This document shows, one piece after another, positions 55,851 through 64,000 of a stretch of 64,000 bases of DNA (positions are counted from its first letter, which is position 1; each line of letters opens with the position of its first letter). Origin of the DNA: Eledone cirrhosa (lineage: Eukaryota); contig OZ024741.1 in assembly GCA_964016885.1 (NCBI GenBank), positions 392,398,001 through 392,462,000 on the forward strand, in the 5' to 3' direction. The translations under genes and the position numbers were made by a program. The notes beneath the pieces were generated by a model. The model searched no databases. It saw nothing but the letters and a program-made list of their open reading frames with translations, and was not told the DNA's origin.

Positions 55851-56425
55851 TCAAATCCCGCCGAGGTTAACTTTGCCTTTCATCCTTACGGGGTCGATAA
55901 AATAAAGTACCAGTAATACACTGGGTAATTGCTGGCCTTGTGCCAAAAGTAGAAACAATTATATTTCTTCAGTGGTGGATTGGCAGTATCGGTAGAGGGT
56001 CGGACGCCATGCTTTGACGCATAGAGTTATGGTCCTTGCCACTCTGAGTTCAAATCCTGCCGAGGTTAACTTTGCCTTTCATCCTTACGAGGTCGATAAA
56101 ATAAAGTACCAGTAATGCACTGGGTAATTGCTGGCCTTGTGCCAAAAGTAGAAACAATTATATTTCTTCAGCAAACTGTTAAGATATGATGTTTGTGAAT
56201 TCATATTATATAAATATATACACATTTATATGATGGTATACATTTATAATTGTTTCTACTTTGACACAGGGCCAGCAATTATCCCAGTGTATTACTGGTA
56301 CTTTATTTTATCGACCTTTTAAGGACGAAAGGCAAAGTTAACGTCGGCGGGATTTGAACTCAGACCATAAAGGGCCATAACTCTTTGCTGCAAAGCAAGG
56401 CGTCCGACCCTCTACCAATACTGCT
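55851..56425. mobile_element. SINE family A: tandem plus-strand pair followed by an inverted copy
   Basis: 55851-55970(+, partial), 55972-56170(+), 56246-56425(-). Confidence 0.88.
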
Positions 56426-56896
56426 CCCCCCCGGTATACATTTATAATAAACATATATAAGTCTTGTTTTGAGTGTTTTAAGTTATGCTCATGTCACAAC
56501 TATCTCAATAGCTTAAAACACTCCTGGTGAGACATATATGTTTATCATAATAAACATACTGTATATGCCTTTATATACAACTATTATAAATCATGCTATG
56601 TTAGTGCTACAGCTAATTATTTCCAGCCAATCAAGCAAAGGAACTTCTCCAGCAGATATTTAATATATAATATCTATATAAACTACAACTTATTCTTTTC
56701 TCAGTAACAAGTGAGAAAACATTTTTATGATGGATACAATATTGGGAAGCACTAGTATATGGCGTTCTCACATGACTACAGAGAAACCTGTAACATGATC
56801 ACAGCTAAAAACAATCACATTGAAACTTTTATATATGCTTATTATACAAAAACATATGTATGCCTTCATAAATCATGCTCTCTCTCTCTATATATA

Positions 56897-57260
56897 TCAT
56901 CATCTTCATCAACATCACCGTTTTACGTCTGTTCTTCCACGCTAGCACGGGTTAGACGGGTTGTCCTGTTGTGAGCAGTGTCCAGTCGGCTGACCTTGTC
57001 TTGCTCATACAGGAACTGATTTTGGCTTGATTTCTACAGCTGGATGCCCTTCCTAACACCAACCTCATTTACAGTGAGTGGTGGGTGCTTTTTCGTGGCG
57101 CCTACACGTCCACTTTACAGTGTGGGCTGAGTGCTTTTTTGCCGTGACACCTCCACGACCACTTTGCATCTCATTTCTACAGCTGAGTAAACTGGAGCAA
57201 TGTGAAATAAAGTGTCTTGCTCAAGGAAACAACACATCACCTGGTCTGAGAATTGAACAC
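56897..57260 (-). mobile_element. CORE-like tRNA SINE with RTE-derived tail (family B), head truncated
   Basis: Minus strand: B-box GTTCAATTC, ccttgagcaagacacttt..., then the RTE 3' UTR module and (GAT)n. Confidence 0.82.
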
Positions 57261-57739
57261 TAATTTACATAATAGACGAATAATAAAATTAGTAACCCTC
57301 AAATGTGTTTTATTGTAAACCTTTTAAAAGAGATTTAACAGAGATACAATAGCTGGGAAAATTTAGATTATGATTATATTGGTGGAATTTACAAACATAT
57401 TTTTCACAATTTATAGTTGTAAAAATAACATTTTTTCCTGCATAAAATCTATGACATTATCCCAATTGGTATCATTCCTTAGCAACATAAAATTGAAGGC
57501 ATGATGGAGAAATTTCTGAGTTTATGTTTAGCCTACTACAAACTTAGACTGGAACATATTTAGTAAAAAAGACATGAATTAATGGAAATATAGAATAATG
57601 AAAGTCTAAAAAAATAATGTTTTTAATTTCCTCGACATAATTGTAGTCTATGTGTCATTGCAAAATTTCATTAAAGCATTTGCATCCTAAAGAAAATTAT
57701 GGGGAAACAAAGTTAACAATGCACTAAACTGAAGGTATG

Positions 57740-58490
57740 TATGGTGTTACTGGCAACATGTAAGCCAGTACAACCTGTGCTTGGTTGGATCGTCAGAGAC
57801 TAAAACAGCAACCCCATCAGCTTGCTTGGTGAGGAGGGTGATTTTAGACACCCTGCAGGATCAAAAACAAAATCTGTCAAAGGCTGGAGGAACTCAGGTG
57901 AGTCAACGGCCATCCAATAAGTATTTTTTTTTAGTGGGGTAATTGAGTGAGAGACCCCTAGTCATTATTAAGATATCTCTCAAGGAGACGGTCACTCTGA
58001 TATAAAACCTGTGACTTCGTTTGTATCCAATGATGTAGACCAATTCTACTTTTTGGGTAAATACATTTGATGTTCAGAGAGTGGGATTGGTCCCCCTGCA
58101 AAGCCTTTCCTCCCTTAAAAAAGTTTCAAGCACAGGCATTGCTTGATATGTGACATCTTTTGCATTGCATGGCATGGCTGGCTGTAGGCAAGTCCCTAGA
58201 AGGACTAAAAAGCCATGTCCGTGCTGCTCATGCTTAAGTATCAAGTAATAGTATAACACAAAATTGAGTTGCAGCCATCATGAATGTATGCATATCTGTC
58301 AGGTCGCTTTTCTGCGCTACTGTTAACATGTAAGCCAGGACAACTTCTGCATGGTCAGGTCATCAGTGACTAAACCGGCAATCCCACCAAGCTTGCTTGG
58401 TGAGGAGGGTGATTTTAGACACCCTGCGGGATGAAAAACAAAACCCATCAAAAGATAGAGGAACTCAAGAGAATCAACGGCCATCCAATA
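57740..58490 (+). mobile_element. Diverged copies of non-autonomous RTE-derived family N
   Basis: 57740-58280 and 58297-58490 align with the element at 59310-59920. Confidence 0.7.
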
Positions 58491-58816
58491 AATTTTTATT
58501 TTTGTAAAGTGAGAATTTAGACATCAACTAGGTAAATATGTATGCATGTCTGTATGCATGTGTTTGTGTGTGTATGCACAGGTAGGTATGGATGTTATTG
58601 TATGTGTGGATTTGTATGCTTTGAGTTATATGTGTGCATGTGCATATGTTTTGTATCTACATGTGTAGATGCAGTTATTACATGCAGAATTTTTGGAATG
58701 TTTTACATATTTTTACAGTTCCATTAATGGATTGAACTTGTAATTTCCTAACTAGGCAGGTTCTTTCTGTTTCTGTGAAGCCCAGCAGCTCAAGATTGGT
58801 ACTGAGGCAGTTAATA

Positions 58817-58847
<31 letters not shown>

Positions 58848-59087
58848 TGTACGTATGTATGTATGTATGTACATTCTGGTTTTATAATTTTATAAATTTT
58901 TGCCAATAGAGAGAGAGCCAGTTTCTAACATAGTTACAAGACTCCCTCATTGGAATTTACACATCAACTAGGTAGATATGTATGCATGTGCATGCATGTG
59001 TGGATGTTATTCTGTGTGGATGTGGATGTTTTGAGTTATATGTGTGTATGTATGTATGTTTTGTTTTTAGTATGTATGTATGTATGT

Positions 59088-60369
59088 AGGTTTTGTTTTT
59101 AGTCCTGCAGGATGTCCAAAGTCACCCTCCTCACCAAGAAACCTTGGTGGGGTTGCCAGTTTAGTCGCCAACGACCCGACCATGAGACAGGTTGTACTGG
59201 GATACATGTTACCAGTAGCACCAACTGGTGACCTGACATACATATATATATACATACATACACACATACACACACATATAGATACATAAATACATATATA
59301 TATATACATGGTGGCTGCCAACTCGTTTTCGAGTACAGCCACTATTTTATATCCATGTAGGAGAACCCCTACTGATGCGCTGAACGAGTGTGACTTTTTA
59401 GTCTAGCCAGCGACTTGAAAACTCTGGTACAAACACTACACTTGTACACAATCATTGACACATAGTGCTGGGTCCATGGTACCATGTGACGACAAGTGCA
59501 GAGAGATCTCCAGATATAAAGCAATGCCTGTGCCGTGAAGCTTTCATAGTGAGCAAAGGCACTGCACAAAGCCAGTCCCACTCTCTTAACCAAGATGATA
59601 TTTACCAAAAAGAAGAACAAGTCAATATCATTGGATACCATCAGGGTTGCAGGTGTTATATCAGAGTTTTCCTTCTCCTAGAATTCTGCCTTGACAAAGG
59701 CTAAGGAGTCATCTCTCCCGGTGATTTTGGATGGCCATTGACTCTTAAGAGCTCCTTTGCCCTTTGACAGGTTTTGATTTTAGTCCTGCAGGATGTCCAA
59801 AGTCACCCTCCTCACCAAGAAACCTTGGTGGGGTTGCCAGCTTAGTCGCCAACGACCCGACCATGAGACAGGTTGTACTGGGATACATGTTACCAGTAGC
59901 ACCAACTGGTGACCTGACATATCAAAGGGAAAAGGAGCTCTTAAGAGTCAATGGCCATCCAAAATCACTGGGAGAGATGACCCCTTAGCCTTTGTCAAGG
60001 CAGAATTCTAGGAGAAGGAAAACTCTGATATAACACCTGCAACCCTGATGGTATCCAATGATGTTGACTTGTTCTTCTTTTTGGTAAATATCATCTTGGT
60101 TAAGAGAGTGGGACTGGCTTTGTGCAGTGCCTTTGCTCACTATAAAAGCTTCACGGCACAGGCATTGCTTTATATCTGGAGATCTCTCTGCACTTGTCAT
60201 CACATGGTACCATGGGCCCAGCACTATGTGTCAATAATTGTCACAAGTGTACCAGAGTTTTCAAGTCGCTGGCTGGACTAAAAAGTCACACTCGTTCAGT
60301 GCATCGGTAGGGGTTCTCCTACATGGATATAAGGTAGTGGCCGTACTCGAAAACGAGTTGGCAGCCACC
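59088..60369. mobile_element. Rearranged dimer of family N forming a long palindrome
   Basis: Arms 59310-59767 and 59922-60369 are near-identical reverse complements; 59088-59239 is a direct repeat of spacer 59768-59920; carries the RTE 5' motif CTAGGAGAAGGAAAACTCTGA and a terminal C2H2 remnant. Confidence 0.9.
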
Positions 60370-60419
60370 ATGTATGTATGTATGTATGCATGTATGTCAC
60401 ATTGAATTAGAGGCTAAGA

Positions 60420-60770
60420 TTGTGGTATATGTTTCCTTTGTACTCTCTGTACTCATCTGAGACATGGACGTTGTACACCCAGCATGTTAAAATGTTAGAG
60501 CAGTTTCACAAAAAAATGTCTCTGGCATATAATCATAATAAGCTGGAACACACGCTGGGCAAAAGGTTAAATAGTAAACCAAGGAGGAGATCCAGAGACT
60601 CTCTAAAAGCGAACTTAAAATGCCTTAACATATCCTACAAAAATCTTGAATCATGTGCAGTTAGATAGAGTAGCCTGGAGGAATGCCATTTGAAATGGAG
60701 TTAAAGCATTTGAAATGGAGAGGGTAAAACATGCAGAACTGAAATGAAAAGTGTACAAGAATGAGACCAA
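60420..60770 (+). mobile_element. RTE/BovB-like RT C-terminal fragment
   Basis: LYSSETWTLY..HVKMLEQFH...RDSLKANLK. Confidence 0.7.
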
Positions 60771-60776
60771 CAGTAA

Positions 60777-61278
60777 TAATTGTTTCTACTTTTGGCACAA
60801 GGCCAGCAATTATCCCAGTGCATTACTGGTACTTTATTTTATCAACCCCGTAAGGATGAAAGGCAAAGTTAACCTTGGCAGGATTTGAACTCAGAATGGC
60901 AAGGGCCCTAACTCTATGCATCAAAGCATGGCGTCCGACCCTCTACCGATACTACCAATCCATCGCCCCTTTAATAATTGTTTCTACTTTTGGCACAAAG
61001 TCAACAATTATCCTAGTGCGTTACTGGTACTTTATTTTATCGACCCCGTAAAGATGAAAGGCAAAGTCAACCTTGGTGGGATTTGAACTCAGACCGTAAA
61101 GGGGCGTAACTCCATGCTGCAAAGCTTGGCGTCCGATCTTCCACCGATACTGCCAATCCACCGCCCCTTTAATAATTGTTTCTACTTTTGGCACAAGGCC
61201 AGCAGTTATCCCAGAGCATTACTGGTACTTTATTTTATCGACCCCGTAAGGATGAAAGGCAAAGTTAACCTCGGCGGG
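60777..61278 (-). mobile_element. Tandem trimer of SINE family A
   Basis: Units at about 60777, 60973 and 61171 (third truncated). Confidence 0.9.
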
Positions 61279-61394
61279 TGGTTTTCAAATGCCTTGTGTG
61301 TGATTATGTGTGCATGTTTATTTACGTTTACACAGCTTAACTTTTTCCATGGACTGTCATCAAGATAAGGACACACATATATATATATATATAT

Positions 61395-61775
61395 GGAGGC
61401 ACATGGCTTAGTAGTTAGAGCATTGGTCTTGCAATCGAAAGGTTGTGAGTTCAATTCTCAGACTGGGTGATGTGTTGTTTCCTTGAGCAAGACACTTTAT
61501 TTCACATTGCTCCAGTTTACTCAGCTGTAGAAATGAGATGATAGGGACTGAGGTCCATATCATTCGACTGCAAAGTGGGGATGGAGGTGCCACGGCAAAA
61601 AAGCGCCCAGCCCACACTGTTAAGTGGACGTGTAGGCGCCATGGAAAAAAAGCACCGAGCACTCACTGTAAATGAGGTTGGTGTTAGGAAGGGCATCCAG
61701 ATGTAGAAATCAAGCCAGAATCAGTTCCCGTCCCACCCTTGCAAGCTGGGAAAAGTGGACGTAAAATGATGATGA

Positions 61776-61778
<3 letters not shown>
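61395..61778 (+). mobile_element. CORE-like tRNA SINE with RTE-derived tail (family B), with complete head
   Basis: A box TGGCTTAGTAG, B box GAGTTCAATTC, CORE-like CCTTGAGCAAGACACTTT...CAGCTGTAGAAATGAG, RTE 3' module, (GAT)n. Confidence 0.85.
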
Positions 61779-61828
<50 letters not shown>

Positions 61829-62280
61829 TACATACAAACAGAAAGCTATAGACAGTGATATAGATATAACATAAAGATAGAGATATAAATATATTTGGCA
61901 GATAGACTAAAAAACAGAACATTTTCTCTTCTTTTGTGTGTCTACTTTTAACTAATAAAAACTTCTTAGAAATAGTAGTGACATCATTACACAATGATTA
62001 TAATATGGAAGTATAAACTTTACAAAATATGTTGTATAGATTATGAGCAAATCAATTTCTGAAAATTATTTGTGTTATAAAGAAGGTAATGAAATTGTAT
62101 TTCAAGATGGACTAATGTAATTCTTTATTGTTTATTTACTTTAATAACCTCAAATCCTAATGCATGAATCAAGTTAGAAAATGAATGACATGACGGAGAA
62201 TGAATATTAAGATAGAAAAATTTATGTAATGCCAAGAATGGCAAGATAGAAAAGTTGATGTCAAACTGATGTAATCTTAC

Positions 62281-62418
62281 TACATTTGATTTTGAAGCTC
62301 TTCTTTTGATGCCTTCATTTGACTGCAAAATTCTGTTGTCTTCACAATCCAACGACCATCCTAGAGCAATAGTACACTTCAACGAACATCGCACTGGTTC
62401 GGTGTATTTGAACTTTTC
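62281..62418 (-). CDS. RyR: RyR exon 2 (end of repeat 3 plus phosphorylation loop)
   Basis: tttacag|GAAAAG...AATGTA|gtaaga; 138 nt, phase 0/0; EKFKYTEPVRCSLKCTIALGWSL...KRRASKSNV. Confidence 0.93.
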
Positions 62419-62564
62419 CTGTAAATAATCACAAAACATGATTCTGAAATCAAGGGAATTACTGTGTATGTATATATATATTTATTAATATATTTTATCA
62501 TTTCATTGAGATGTCTAAGTAAGTATTACAGACAGATAACTTTATAAATTGATATATATATATG

Positions 62565-62970
62565 ATGGCTGCAACTTAATTTTGAGTAATACCATCGCTT
62601 AATATTTAAGCATGAGCATCATGGATGTGACTTTTTAGTCCTGCTAGGGACTACCAGGCATCGCAAAAAATGTCACATACTAAGCAATGTCTGTGCTTGA
62701 AGATTTTTTAAGCATGGAAAGGCTTTGCAAGGGGCCAATCCCACTCTCTAAACATTGAATGTATTTGGCAAAAAAGAACTGGTCTCCATCATTGGATGCA
62801 AATGAAGTTGCAGGTTTTATACCAGAGTGACCTTATCCTAGAGAGATGTCTTTATGAAGACTAAGAGTCTCTCGCTCCACATAATTGGATGGCCACTGAT
62901 TCTCCTGAATTCCCCTGCCCTTTGACGTTTTTTTTTCCATCTCGCAGGGTGTTGAAAATCACCCTCCACC
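62565..62970 (-). mobile_element. Diverged family N copy
   Basis: Reverse complement of the 57830-58280 type sequence. Confidence 0.7.
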
Positions 62971-63424
62971 CACACATATTTATTTTTTTTATGTTTGTTC
63001 CTCTTCTCACTCTCTATACTTCTATTTAATCTTTTATTTCTCATTCTGTCTTCTGATGGACTATATCAAGTGTTAAAGTTTTATATTTCTTCATTGCACT
63101 ATGTTCTTTGCTTTCTTGTTTCTCTTAACTTTTTGCATATATATATATATACACGTACATGTATAGGTGTGTATCTATATTCAGTTGTGTTTAATAGTGG
63201 GCTATGTTGCATTTTTCCATATTAACAGAGCTCTAGACTGAAATAATTACTGAAGTTGATATGACAGACTAAAAACCTTTTAAAGTTATGCTCCAGCATG
63301 GTCACAATCCAATGACTGAAGCCAGTAAAAGAATAAAAGAACATATGCTTAAATAAGTATTTAATACACTATATACATACATATATTTATGTGAACACAC
63401 ATACAGAGAATGAAATCTACATAC

Positions 63425-63514
63425 TGCCTCGGTAAGAAGATGATATGGTTTCAGTGATGGGTGAGTTTTCTTGTCTTCATTATATTCAGTCCCATAGACC
63501 CATGTTTGGTCAAC
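63425..63514 (-). CDS. RyR: Ryanodine receptor exon (window exon 1), RyR repeat 3
   Basis: tttatag|GTTGAC...GAGGCA|gtatgt; 90 nt, phase 0/0; VDQTWVYGTEYNEDKKTHPSLKPYHLLTEA matches the RyR-repeat pattern W.YG....KTHP.L.PY..L. Confidence 0.93.
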
Positions 63515-63619
63515 CTATAAAAATGACAAATAATAAACCATGGATGTTCTAATGAAAGACATTGCTTATTATTTTCATATAACTTTGAAAATAGTCAAGA
63601 ATTTAGAGAGATATAGATT

Positions 63620-63925
63620 TAGAGTCGCTCCAGGTAGAGCCACTACTTCTCCGAATTGAGAAATCACAGCTCTGATATTATGGACAAGGGGTTAGAATGT
63701 CTCAGGGAAGAATCATTGGACATATTTTATAGCCAAAAACCAACCAGCAGGAGACCCATAGGTAAAACGCCAAGCAAGATGGTTGGATAACATCCATGAG
63801 CTCGGCTGGTCTCACTTGGGGATCCAGCCAGATCAATTGGAGAAGGTTGCTGCTGACAGGACCCGCTGGAAGGAGTGTTTGACGACTCTGCTCCCATGAC
63901 CCTCCCAGAAATGAGTGGGTGATGA
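63620..63925 (+). mobile_element. RTE-clade 3' fragment
   Basis: Reverse-complement homolog of 1650-1950. Confidence 0.7.
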
Positions 63926-64000
63926 AGAAGAAGATAGTAATATAAATTTATCATTATTATGCTGGTGTTTGGGATGTAACTTAAAAGTTCTTACAATGAT

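Noticed and set aside
59768-59920. Canonical HDV-like ribozyme call
   Set aside because: P1 and P1.1 cannot be placed in the required order; kept only as an unclassified structure
59369-60281. Duplicated small ORFs with a C2H2 motif as host zinc-finger genes
   Set aside because: They lie in a multicopy non-autonomous RTE derivative and are frameshifted between copies
61395-61470. tRNA gene
   Set aside because: tRNA-like head continues into a SINE body and (GAT)n tail, with no proper acceptor stem or terminator

Overview
AT-rich, repeat-dense animal genomic DNA, most likely an octopod cephalopod (inferred from the SINE/RTE repertoire and long (TA)n tracts). The whole window lies inside one minus-strand ryanodine receptor (RyR) gene. 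I assembled 16 GT-AG exons by hand (63514 down to 2176; 1932 nt, 644 codons, all phases compatible). They cover RyR repeats 3-4 with the phosphorylation loop (KRRASKS) and the following helical/bridging solenoid. They include a 27-nt microexon (31624-31650) missed by the ORF track. There are also one good and one weak candidate frame-preserving cassette exon (14823-14873, 13663-13710). The introns hold RTE LINEs (one near full length), CR1-like, R4/Dong-like, CRE-like and Penelope-like fragments, Helitrons, a Chapaev-like DDE transposon with a 377-codon open frame, a Tc1/pogo-like MITE and two tRNA-derived SINE families. The most novel-looking signals are: (1) a module of tandem mini H-type pseudoknots with compensatory changes, shared by an RTE 5' leader, another RTE's 3' UTR and a SINE; (2) minimal hammerhead-like motifs; (3) a ~450-bp-arm palindrome explained by inversion of a tandem retro-element dimer; (4) clusters of long hairpins in the RyR pre-mRNA. 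Everything was read by eye; family names come from motif recognition, not database searches.
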